Source: Lama guanicoe (taxonomy: Eukaryota). Taken from it: DNA of 64,000 nt. A model generated the notes under the pieces. The model did not search any database. It saw only the letters and a list, made by a program, of their open reading frames with translations, and was not told where the DNA came from. Shown here one piece after another: positions 38,996-50,590 of this stretch; within the stretch, counting starts at the first letter, position 1, and every line of letters starts with the position of its first letter. The position numbers and the translations under genes are program-made. Location: contig MU057340.1 in assembly GCA_013239625.1 (NCBI GenBank), forward strand, positions 7,768,931 to 7,832,930, written 5' to 3'.

Positions 38996-41704
38996 AGCCA
39001 CTGAATCACATCCGACTTCTCTTTCTGCAGACACTGCACTCGTCAGGGTACTTTTCTCTGTTAATAACATCTCCTTTCAGAAGGAATCTACTCCACACCG
39101 GGGTTGCATTACTAAATCCTGGGGAGCTGTTGATCATGGAGGTGGTGTCGAGGGAAAGAATGGCCACGGAGAAAGAGCTAATGTATTTGAAATTCTAATT
39201 CTGGTAGATGAGAAAGGGAAGCAATTATGAGAGAAACTACTGAACTTGTTGCTGATTTGGTGATCTTAATGAATAATACTGTCTTCGCTGGTAACGATTC
39301 TGTGTCCCTTTCACAGGCAAAGTTCTGTGATTGTAAGTGAAATCCTTCCTGAATCTGGAGACCTTCCTGTTTGATTTTGAGGAGCAACAGTCAGACTGTG
39401 ATCATAAGTCTGGCTTGCAGAGGACTCGGGAGTTGCGCTGAAAGTGTGAAATCCTACAATAACTGTATCATTGTGCCAGACAGAGCCTCTTTTGTCTTTT
39501 TAAGCTATCTGACTTTCCCAGAGGGTTTCTTTCCCCGTACATGCCTCAAATGGTGTTGCTTAACGAAAAATGCCACTCAGGACAAGCTAGCTTTCACCAA
39601 TGAGCGTACATGGTGGACATTCTAGTAATTCTAGTCATATGGGAGAGCAGGGCAAGCTTAGATAGCTTGGGAAAATAAGTCCTGAGAGTGGTACCCAGAG
39701 AACAACCCGGCTGGTGGGACAGAGGGAATGGGTCATGTGTCATTCTGTGCCCTCCACAAGCCTCTCCAGTCCATCTCGAAAATGCCCCACACCCCGAAAC
39801 CCGTGCAATTGTTTTGCTTCTTGTTACATATAAATCTTTTAATTGCATGTCTTAAGCCTTGAGAAATTTAATGTGGAATTATTTGGGGGTGGGGGAAGAG
39901 GAAGGAAGGAAGGAAGAAAGAAACTTCTGCTGGCAGCCAAGCAATCTGCATTTCATTTCAATTTAGATAGTTTTGCTCTACATTTTTTTCCCAAGGTTTC
40001 CTGGATTTCAATAATATATCTTTCATCACCAGATCACCAAAAACTGGTTGTGCTGAGCTGTCCCTGGGGCTTTGGAGTGGATATCAGGGATTACTTTATA
40101 ACTGGGAACTTATGAATTGTACGGGGTTTACAAATGACTTGTTTTTCTCAGTTTAATGGTCAAAGCATGAAACTGAGAACTTACTCCTGGGAGGGCATGT
40201 GTGTGATATGTTAACGGGTCTTTGAGAACAGGATTAAAACAAAAAAATCCAAACACACACACAGGCACATACACACACACACTCAACTAGTTTTAAATAA
40301 GACATTTGCTGAGTAGATGAACCCTGACTGCCATGAACTGCAGACTTTGAAATGTCCATTTTAATGTTCTTTTATGTCTCTCTAACTTTGACCCACCTAT
40401 CCCAACTACTCTAAGAGGTTTAGGGCTTTTTTTTTTTTTTTTTTACCTCTTGGAAGCTGTCATTTGACACTGCAGTCAAGTCAGGCCTTGTGCCACCCAG
40501 TGAACTTCTGGCAGGACCGGCCGTGGAAGAGCCCTGAGCACCAGCATTTGCGGACCTGCCTTGCAGAAGTGACTGAGCTGGCAGTGGGTGCTGGCGGGTC
40601 GGGTGGGGTGGGGGAGGACCAGTGAGCATGGTGCCTTTCTGAGCACATCTGTTTTATTTCATATCAGCCTGATGGCTGTAGCAGGGCAGGGGGTAGCAGG
40701 AGGGGGGGTCAATAGGTGTGGGGTTTCTACAAAAGATATGTTTGGATTTCCATTTTATAGGGATGAAAGAAGCTGTGTTTGCCAAATTGCAAACCCATAG
40801 AAATATCCTGAGCTGGGAGGAGGGAATTCAACTGTAGCCTTTGGAGTAGAGGTGATTTATGTCTGGCCAAAGGAAGAGTCCAGGTCCACGCAGGCAGGGA
40901 AGTGGGAACTGAGGAGGCAGAACAAGAAAATGAAAGAAGGATTGGAATTTTCCTGACCCTCCAATAGCTCTTTCAATATAACATTGTGATGAGTTAGGTG
41001 TAAATGAAGCAGAAACATATGGATTAAACTTCCCTTCCAGTGGGGAAATAGCGGGAAACAATCGTTGTCAAACTGGGGGAGTTGGATGATTCTAATGTGA
41101 ATTCAGTTGAAAAATACGTCAGCTGACTGACAGGTGAAAGATCTTCCCTTGATGGCCTTTCTCCAGCTTTGGAGGTCAGTTACATTGAAAGCTGATAGTC
41201 AAGACTGCCTTTATTATTCCCAAGATGATGGATGTTCTGGGATTCGCTTCCCACCCCTTCCTGCAACCCTCCACCTTCACAGCCATCTCCAAACATAAGG
41301 TCTTTTCCTCTAAGGACGCCCCTTGGCTGCCATCGCTCTTACCTTTCTAGTTTCAGGATATTTTTAATACAGTGATTTTAATGGTGATTTTTTTTTCAAA
41401 GGCATGGATTTAAAATGTGTGATGTTTAAAGTTGGAGAATCTTTTTTTGGTTTACCTTTGTGGGCTCTGCCATGGGCATCCTTATGCACGACAATTTTTG
41501 TTAATGCTAAAAAAATTGGCAATTTCATTTGGGGAGGTTTTAGCTCTGTGACGCGCTGCTAGGTGGCTGGAGTGATTCTGGGGATGAGATATGCTTGAGG
41601 GGAGGTTGGAGGAGGGTGAAAGAGAAGCCTACGGAGGAGTCTCCTGAAGATGACTGAACATAATCTGAATATGAAGTTGAACATGGCTGTGCTGGTTCCA
41701 CTTC

Positions 41705-41900
41705 TGCATGTAATAATAACTATAACATTTCTGGAGTGCTGGCAATGCTCTGGGCACTGGGCTAACTTTCCAGCTACACTTCCTCATTTAGCGCTGAGTG
41801 TAACCATTGGAGGGAGGGTGCAAGATACCCATTTACAGTTGGGAAAACTGAAGCGCTGGGATTTTAATCCTTTGTTTATGTTTACAAAGCTAGTACACAG
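41705..41900 (-). mobile_element. MIR SINE
   Basis: taacatttctggagtgct..ccccatttacagttgggaaaactgaagc. Confidence 0.75.
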
Positions 41901-41990
41901 AGGACTAGGGTGAAGCAAATGGGACACAAAGCTTGTCAGGCACAAGATTTAAGAGGGCACCCCAAAACTCAGTAATTCAGCTATTTGAAT
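41900..41990. mobile_element. hAT-Tip100-type (MER45/MER91-like) end fragment
   Basis: actagggtgaagcaa..ggcacaagatttaagagggcacccaaaactcagtaat. Confidence 0.55.
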
Positions 41991-43733
41991 GTAAGATTAA
42001 AAAAAGTTTTTAATTATTATTTTTAAAGCATTAGTATTAAAATTGGTGTTTTTCAAGGAATGTAGAAAATAAATTGATGGAAACGTTTACTAAAATCTTT
42101 TATAAACCTCAAAAAAATTAAAATGTAAAATTATTAAATTCAATTGAAATTAAACAATCAAAATTAATTAAATTAAAACTGATTCCAAATGATTTGTGGT
42201 GATCCCATTATTGTGATGATCAGGATGCCGTACTTGTCCAGTCCTCCTTCTTCCTTCACCTCGGCTGAGCCCTGGCACTCAGTTATATAAATGTAAGAAA
42301 TTGTGACCCTCCCCCACAACCTGCTCCCACCAGGTGCCTCGACTGCCAACCAGTCCTGTGTCCAGGGTGCCCACACCTTGGAGAGACAAGGTGAAAAGAG
42401 AGAGATGGTTGAGCACACATAGGGTGAGGCGCAGCCCATCTCTCACCTCTGAGGAGGGGAAAACTGCAGGACTGGGGTGATAGGAAAGTAATGAGATCTG
42501 AGGGACCAGGGGAAAAGCCAGAAACCAGAAGTCTCCAAGGCCTTGGGGAGAAATGAAAATAAGTAAGGAGCGCTACTAGGAGGCTGAAAGAATTGTCTGT
42601 GTGTTGTGGTGGTTACTCCAGACTTTCCACCTCACTGAGGAGAGACAGTCACGGTGGGACCCAGGACAGGGCATCACAAAAGCCAACTGAACGTGAGCAC
42701 ACAGCTGCCGTGGGGGTTCAGCAAAGATGCTACCAGCAACCGAGTGGGAGGGATGCAGGGCCTCCGTGGCCCCAGGGATGAGCTGAGGTTGGAGAGATGG
42801 CGAGGAAATGGGGTGTGGGGATCAGGAAGGGCACAATGGGGGGAAATGTGCGCATTTGGAGAAAAGCCCCACGCCCCACCCCACCTCACCCCCACTGTGG
42901 AAAAAGTGGTCCAGGAAAGTGGTTACACCTGAACAACTCAGCAGCCTGCCAACAACTGGAGATGCAGGAGACTTCATCATCATTATCATTCTTATTATTC
43001 TCTTTGGAGATAAGAAAACTGAGGCAATGAGACATTCAGTCGCTTGCCCAAACTTACAGTTACTACAGAGGTAGAATTTGAGCTCTGGGGTGGACACTCC
43101 ATTTCATATTACTTTGAATGGATTCACCATATACCCTTGATGGATGAATAAATGAATAAATGGTATATCAGAGAAGATTCCATGACTTTCTAGACCTGTT
43201 CATATTTAGCTTCAATTAAATGTTTGTGATATTCATTCTCAGTTGTTATCCCTACTAGGGAATCTGGTACTTCTGTTCTGTTTTATAAGTGGTTTCATGT
43301 CCCCTCTGCCAGAAAAAAAATTACCACCCTCTAGAATCCTAGGGTGGTTGCCTGGGTAATAGTACATTTGAACGTCTGTCTTTCTGACCTTAGCACCTGT
43401 GCAGGGGAAGACGGCAAGGAAAATGCCAAAGAATTCAGTCCCTATCTCCTTCACCTAGTGATGCAATGTAAAAGCTCTTTGAGACTTGGAGAGAACAACA
43501 TGCTGGGTGTATGACAGGGAATAAAAGAGGATTGTTCCAACACATTATTTTTATGGGTTCATTGGCTCAAGTTATGGAATAGTAGAAATAAATTCTATTT
43601 GAAAATATAACATCACACTTCCAGGAATACTTAGCACCCTGAGTATAGTCAGTGCAAACTGCAGCCTGGAGGGGGGTAAGCATGAGGTCAGATTTATTGA
43701 TTTTTATTTCTCCTTGGGTAGCAGAAGTCTGTG

Positions 43734-43900
43734 AGGGATGGAAGATAAGTAACATACATGCCCCTGTTTCCCACTCTTGTCTGTGACAGACATCACTAAT
43801 CAATCATAGCAATCTTTCCCACTTTGTTCTCAATACAGCATCCCAGGCAGTCACTTCCAATCAGACAGAGCTGGAATGACAAATGAAGCTTATTTGCCAA
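43734..43900. mobile_element. hAT-type MITE relic (subfamily unassigned)
   Basis: agggatgg..cagacatcactaatcaatca..tctcaatacagcatcccaggcagtcacttccaatc..ttatttgcca. Confidence 0.6.
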
Positions 43901-44027
43901 CAATGTTCTTTCTGTGGGCAGGATCATGTTGACTTTAGTACTATTCAGTAGATACATTGAGTTTGACTTTCAAATGAGGAAAAACACCATGTATACATGT
44001 TTCACTTCAGAACTGTTACTACCTGTC

Positions 44028-44056
44028 TTTTGTTTGTTTGTTTGTTTGTTTGTTTG
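44028..44056. repeat. (TTTG)n microsatellite
   Basis: Seven tttg units. Confidence 0.92.
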
Positions 44057-44588
44057 AATCTTAGTTTACCTATGAAGTGTAGAAATAACGACAAATCTTG
44101 TAAGGGTATTGGAATGATTAATGAGATTATATATTTAGAGTGCCTACTAGAGTGTCAAGGGGCATTCAGTTAATTGGGTTCCTACTATGACTGATTTTGA
44201 GCCATAAAGAGTTTAGGAATCCATCTTGTTCATGACTCTACCTCTAGACAGAATCAAGCTTAAGCCCTTCCCTTTCGGGGTATGAATCTCAAAAGGTGAG
44301 AAAACTTCTGCTTCCTTCCTCAGCCCCTTTGTAAGTTTTATAAATGCTTATGTGATAATATGAATGGACAAATTCTCTAATGTTTTTCCTTCAAGGGGTC
44401 ATCAGTGTTGAAACTGATACAAGTTTTGAGGTTCACATAGTGATGTCAATCATCTGGATAAAGTTGAAAAGTCTACTCCAGTAGCTAGAATGCCATTGCC
44501 TGTCATTGTCACCATGTTAATGGCCTTGTAATTGCTCCCTTACTCCTACCCTACTTCAGTGCATTCTTCACACAATTCCAATGTATTT

Positions 44589-44844
44589 CATTTTATTTTT
44601 AATTTTTTTAAAATGAAGTATGGCCAGTTACAATGTGTCAATTTCTAGTGTACAGCACAATGCCTCAGTCATGCGTCTATGTATATTTATATTTGTTTTC
44701 ATGTTCTTTTTTTCATTAAAGGTGATTACACGATATTGAATCCAATTCCCTATGCTATGCAGAAGAAATTTGTCTTTTTTAATCTGTTTTTATATATAGT
44801 GGCTAACATTTGCAAATTTGGGAGTTTGAGATTAGCAAATATTA
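44589..44844 (-). mobile_element. Young L1 3' end with short 5' inversion and 12-bp TSD
   Basis: Reverse strand reads ..gcatagcatagggaa..tgtgctgtacactagaaattgacacattgtaactggccatacttca then an A-rich tail. TSD tccaatgtattt at 44577-44588 and 44845-44856. Confidence 0.88.
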
Positions 44845-44911
44845 TCCAATGTATTTTAAAATGCAAATTTAACTATGCCATTCTCCTTTTTAGAGATTTT
44901 TTTAATGGTGC

Positions 44912-45588
44912 TGTACTGGTCAGCGTTCCTGTAGGAAAATAGTGGCTCACATGGTAAACAGGGAGTTATTTACAAAAGTGTAGACAGGGGCAAGGGAAAC
45001 CAACAAGGGATGGTGGTGCACCCCAAGTCTAGCAACAGTAGGGGCCATCATCAGTGACCCTCTGGGACAAAGAGTCAGTGTGAGGGAAGAGCTGAAACTT
45101 AGGCATTCTCAGTAGAGGTGATATCACTCCCTGGGGGAGGAAATCTGGTTGGTGGGGTATGAAAATTTTTCTTATCTATGTATAGAGCACAGATATACAG
45201 AGTAACAAACACATTTCACTTGGGAGCGATTAGCAAAATAAAATGTCTTAAAAGCTGCCTTGGAGAGGCAATAATGAAAAAAATAATGGAGAAATATTGC
45301 TGTAGCTAAAGGATTGTGCCACCTCACGAGGAATTTGCTTCCTACAAAATCAGCCTCATGTGGAAGAACGCAGTGGCTTGGTTGGGAACATGGGAGAAGA
45401 TACCCTGACCTCCCTCCTCACCCACCCTCTGATCTGCATGTGCTTCCCGTGGGCTGAACCCAACTGGGTCCAGAGCGTAAGGGAGCTTGTTGACATAGAC
45501 CATCAGGTCAACCTCCATGGGGCCCAGAGCAGGGTGGGGAAGTTAGCAAGTAGATCTGGAGGGGCAAATGGAGATTATCCAGCAGCAC
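44912..45588 (-). mobile_element. LTR33-like ERVL solo LTR with nested hAT MITE (~45100-45300)
   Basis: tgtactggtcag..ttatttacaaaagtgt..gctgaacccaactgg..gatctggaggggcaaatggagattatccagca. The internal insert ends ataatgaaaaaaataatggagaaatattg. Confidence 0.75.
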
Positions 45589-45589
45589 T

Positions 45590-46062
45590 TCCGAGAGCTC
45601 TTAGGGTAAAGGGCCAAAGATTTATTTTGGCTCATAAAGGTCTACACATCAGGTCTCCCACCTGCACTCCTCTCTTGCTTTTTCACCTGACTCCACCATC
45701 TCATCTTTTTGGTTTCCCAAATGTTAAGCTAGTTCTTGACTCCAGGCCATTGCCCTGGATGTGTTATTCCTTTGCTGTGGTATGTGTTTCCGTCCCCTTT
45801 CTTATACTCCAAACTTCAGCTTAAAAGTCACTATCTCAGGGAGCCCTTCCTGATCCCTGGCAGAGACCCATTGTCTCCATTATAGTTTCTCCAAGAAGCA
45901 CTCAGAGCTTCTTCTTTGTAGCACTCATTACGATCACAATTCAAATACCTATTTGTATAATCATTTGCTTAATTTCTGTTTCTCTTGCCAGACAAAATGC
46001 TTTACGAGGTCAGTGCCTACTTAACACATAGTAAGAGCTCAATAAATACTTGATGAATAGAT
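45590..46062 (+). mobile_element. L2 3' portion
   Basis: cagcttaaaagtcactatctcagggagcccttcctga..gctcaataaatacttgatgaat. Confidence 0.75.
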
Positions 46063-46099
46063 TCATGCCAGTGGGAAATAAATACACCTAAGACACGGG

Positions 46100-46335
46100 A
46101 GCTTCCTGGAGCCACTGTGTTGGAAGCATACCTTTACCACTGACTGACTGTGTGATCTTAAGCAAGTTGCCTAACCTCTCTGAGCCCCAAACTTGACTCA
46201 TCGGTGAAATGAGGATAATAATAGTAGCTATTTCATAGGGCTGGGGAGAGGACAAAGAAGTCAGTACATGCTTAGAAGATTGCCTGGTAATTGCTCAATA
46301 CATAACATCATCATCATTATCATCATCATCATCAC
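46100..46335 (+). mobile_element. MIR SINE followed by (CAT)n
   Basis: actgtgtgatcttaagcaagttgcctaacctctctgagccc..aaatgaggataataatagtag. Confidence 0.85.
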
Positions 46336-49189
46336 CAAATGAAGATTGTGTAAGGCTTCTATTGCTGACTTGCTGTTTGGTGGTGACATCTGCACTAATC
46401 AGAGGCAGAAAAGAGTATGTTAATCATAGACAGCACTGATGCTAATCATATCATTTTTAGAACCAAGAACCTAATTTTCTTGATTTCAGGTACTGAAAAA
46501 CAATTAGTGTTTCTCTTGTCATATTGTTAAAGTCTGGGGAAAAGCTATGTGACAACTAATTGAGTTTGACCTGTAAAAGCAGTGATTAATCCTTTTTTCT
46601 ACTGAGATGGAACGTGAAGGCTTGGGTTGTTTTGCAAATCTTCACTTTGCTGATTTTTCCCCCAAGGCTTTGCTCCTCACTCAACACCAGGCAAATTAGG
46701 GAGAAAGGAGTGACAGGGGAGAAAGTGGCATTAGGATCCCTCTGTGTTCCAAAAGGCACGGTCATGATCAGAGTCGCTTTCTGGGAAGTCCCTGGGAGAT
46801 GCAAGGAAACCAGCGGAGGAGATGCTAACCAGACTGAGAGTGAGAACTGAGGATGAAGGACTAGGAGAAGCAAACAAGGTAACAGGAGTAGCATGAGGCA
46901 GGAGCACTGACAGCACCTGCAAGAAACATTGGATACATTTTTCCAGGTGGTGCATCCCCTGTCTGGGAACAATGTAACCAGATGTAGCATACACACACTG
47001 TTTTTTTTTTTTTTCTGATGCCAGGGACAGGCTGAACCATGGCGTCCCATGGTAGTCAGAACATTCTCACTTTATCCTTTAGTACTGGAGAAAAGGGAAG
47101 TCTAAAAAGGTCAAGTGACTGACTTCCAGCCACACAGCCATGACAGAATCAGTATGTGATCTCACGTCTCCCTGACACCAGGCCAGTCTTACTGCCTTTC
47201 TTGAGTTTCCTTTAAATCTAACTCTTACTTCCTCTTGTTACCTTCTATTTAGACTCTGCCAAGAAATGAAATCAATTTCTATAAAGTTAATTTCCATAAA
47301 GTCACACAAGCAAACCAGCTCCATTTCTTGAGCCACATCACTTGAGCCACACACACACACGTACACACACATCACCTGCTGTCCCAGCTCTGTTTCTGGA
47401 GCCTGAGCAGTGTAAGCACCATGTGTCCCTGATTTTTCCGAGTGAACCGTGCACTTGACATGGGTGGGGGCACGCATGGCTGAGCAATCACTGTCACAGA
47501 GGGAAGAATTTATGTTTGCATCTGTGTCTCACCTCTTTTCACATCTGGTCTTGGTAGACTGTCGGGAATTTGTTGGGGAAGGGAAGGAGAGCAGTGAGGA
47601 GGGCGCTCAGTACTGTGGGAGCCAGGGCTGAATAAAGATGAAATGGCCACTCTTCTACCTTGAGAAAAGCCATGGATTTTGACTATTCAGTGGCTTGGTG
47701 TTCCTGATCTCACGGGTTTTCTTGTCAGCTATTAAGGATCTTAGTTAGAAACATCTCACAAGGTCAGTTTCATGATTCACCAAGCCAGGGTTTATTTTTT
47801 TCCCAAAGAGGGTCACCAAGGAAAAGATTGCATTGCATCTTTAGGGATGTGTCTCAAATAGCTCTAGTTTCCCATATGAACCAGGGGTAGATTTATCACT
47901 CCAGAATTCATCCAGACCCTTTTAAACATAGCACATTTTAAAATCATCTTTTATGTAAGGTTCTTTGTTTTTCTCTTGTTGATAAAGTAGATCTTTATCT
48001 TCCCTGTGATGCTGTTGGGAAGAACTATGGTTTCAGAACTCAGAGTGAGTGGTTAAGCTCTTCTAGATTTTATAAATGCACAATTTAATCTCTTTTCTAC
48101 CTTTATCTTGAGTTAAAAATGTCTATGCACTTGAATCAGACTTTATGTGACAGTGTCTCAACCCTGTTGCTTATCGTGATTGCCTCCCACTTTCATCCCA
48201 CCGTTTTTAGATGTCAAGGATGGAACTACATAAACTACTCCCAGGTCTAGAAATATCACCGGCTAGGAGTAAGGAAAGGGGAAACATGCCCTCTGCTTTA
48301 TTTTGACCTTTGTGGAAATACTACACAATTGGAACATGTTGTTAGGATTTGTTGCTGCTTTGCTGTAGGAGCATCATGTGGGTGGAGCAACATCAAGGAG
48401 TAAATTGTCTACGATGATTATTTCCTAAGTGCAGGTGGGGTGAGATGCCGTCACCTTCCGGAGTAGCTATTCCACAGTGATGTCAGTTGGACAGCTACCT
48501 GCTTACTTCCCCAGGGCTGTGGGGCCCTACTCTGGAGACCACACAACCTTCTCTGATCAGTCCTCTTGTTCAGCACTGTTTACTTAGCACAGTGGATGAG
48601 AGCGTGGTGTCTATGGCATCCCACTGGCCTGGGTTTCCCCTCTGCGTGGGTCATAGCTCTGTAAAGAAAGACAGGTTTGCTAACAGGCACCCTTCTTTCT
48701 AGAAGAAAATGGCTCATGGTGGCACCTTATAACAATGTATTCCAAACGTTTTTTTCTCTGCAATGCAAAGAAATAAATATATTTTGCATCACAAATTAGT
48801 ACATACACGCACACACACACATCTGACAGCAAAACTTCACAAAATAATACTCTTGCTAAGTGTGATAAAAGGTAAAAAATAAAATATGGTATAAAAACCA
48901 TCCCCAAACAATATTTTTAAAAGATTCTAGTGGTATTTTGCTAAGTTGATTTTTGGCAACTACTGAGATGAGTAGTTTAAAATAAATAGGTCATAGTTCT
49001 TGTATATGAAGAATCCCAACTATTTTCATACTTTTCCTTTTTAAAATGACTTTTCTTTCCTTGTCTCTTTTCCCTCTTCCTCTCCCCTCCTATCTTCCCT
49101 CCTTCCTTTCTATATGTCTTTCTTTTTCAAGAAATGCTTTTGGGAAGAGATCAAAGTACAAAGTTAGCAACACGCCAATCTGATCCCCA

Positions 49190-50150
49190 CTAAGAGATCT
49201 GTAATTCACGCTATTCGCAGTCTGTGACTCACATCCTGGGTCACAGACTAGGAGTGTCTTCAGCTCTACTTGATGTTGCCAAGTTGCACCCCAGAAGGGT
49301 TACACCAGTTTACCTTTCCAATAGCAGTGTGTGAGAGTCTCTAAGTCCCTGCAGGCTTGATAATACTGGTATTGTGAAGCCTTAAAACATTTCGTTAATC
49401 CAATGTGAAACTGTTAAAAAAATATTTCCACAATGATTAATGAAATTGAACACTTATCTGACATATACTGATCAATCAGACTTTCTTGTTTGTGAAATGA
49501 CTATTCATATTTTTTCCATTCTATGCTATTATATTATAAATTTGCAGCATTTTTTGTATATTTGGTAGACAAGCATCTGTATACTAAGCATTTGTTTATT
49601 ACATGAATAGCAAATATACTTTCCCAGTATGTGAAGAGACAGGAATTTTTCTCCAGTTCCCCCAAAACCATATATGTTATAGTTCCTCCTTTTCGCTATG
49701 ACTTGCTATACCATTTCTGTCATTTTACAAAGTTTTATCTATGTACAGTTCTTTTTCTAAAGTGTACACTCTCTTCTATCGCCCTACCCATTTATCTTTG
49801 AACCAATGCCATGCTGATTTATTTACTATAGTTTTATAATGGGTTTTAATATCCAGAAGGGCAGTTCTTCCCTCTTGTTCTTCAGATTTACTGTCTACTC
49901 TTGGACTTTTGCTGCTTTATAGGGGTTTTAGCATATTTTTTTTAAAACCCCAAGAAAATTCCTGTTGGTATTTGAATGGAATTACATCAAGTAAGATCAC
50001 CATCTGTTTGAACATTTCAGAAATTTTAATGAGGCCTATATCTCCGTTCAAATTATCTTTTATTTTCTTAATAATATTTTGCAATTTTTCTCCATTAAGG
50101 TTTTGAAAATATTTTCTGTCAGATTTATTCCTGGTTCATTTATAGTTTTG
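49190..50150 (-). mobile_element. Ancient L1M fragment
   Basis: ccaagttgcaccccagaagggttacaccagtttac..agcagtgtgtgagagt, T-rich. Confidence 0.75.
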
Positions 50151-50159
50151 TTAACACTT

Positions 50160-50480
50160 AGAACATTATTTCTTCCATACTAACTTGTAAGATCTACTGT
50201 CTTAGCAACCTGCAAATATACAATACAGTATTATTAAACTGTAGTCACCATGCTGTGTGTTACAACCCCAGTACTTATTTGTTTTCTAATTGAAAGTTTG
50301 TACCTTTTAAGCACATTCCCTCATTTTACCCACCTCCCACACCCTACCTTTGTTCTCTGTATCTATGAGCTTGTTTTGTGTGTGTTTGTAGTTTAGATTC
50401 CACATATAAGTGAGATCATGTGACATGTGTCCTTATTTTGCCTGACTTACTTCGCTTAGCATGATGTCCCCAAGGTCTAT
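50160..50480 (-). mobile_element. L1MA-like 3' end
   Basis: aagatctactgtcttagcaa..aatacagtattattaaactgtagtcaccatgctg..gattccacatataagtgagatcatg. Confidence 0.85.
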
Positions 50481-50590
50481 TAGACATCTTTATGGGCTCT
50501 CTTACTGCTTCAAAACTTTGCTTAGATTTTCTAACTACATATTTAACATTATAACCATAAAGACCACTTTATTACTTTCAAATTTTTAGA

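Noticed and set aside
46667-46850. Acceptor-like tttttcccccaag within a 78-aa ORF with a hydrophobic N-terminus
   Set aside because: GTG start, no recognisable homology, and no strong donor.
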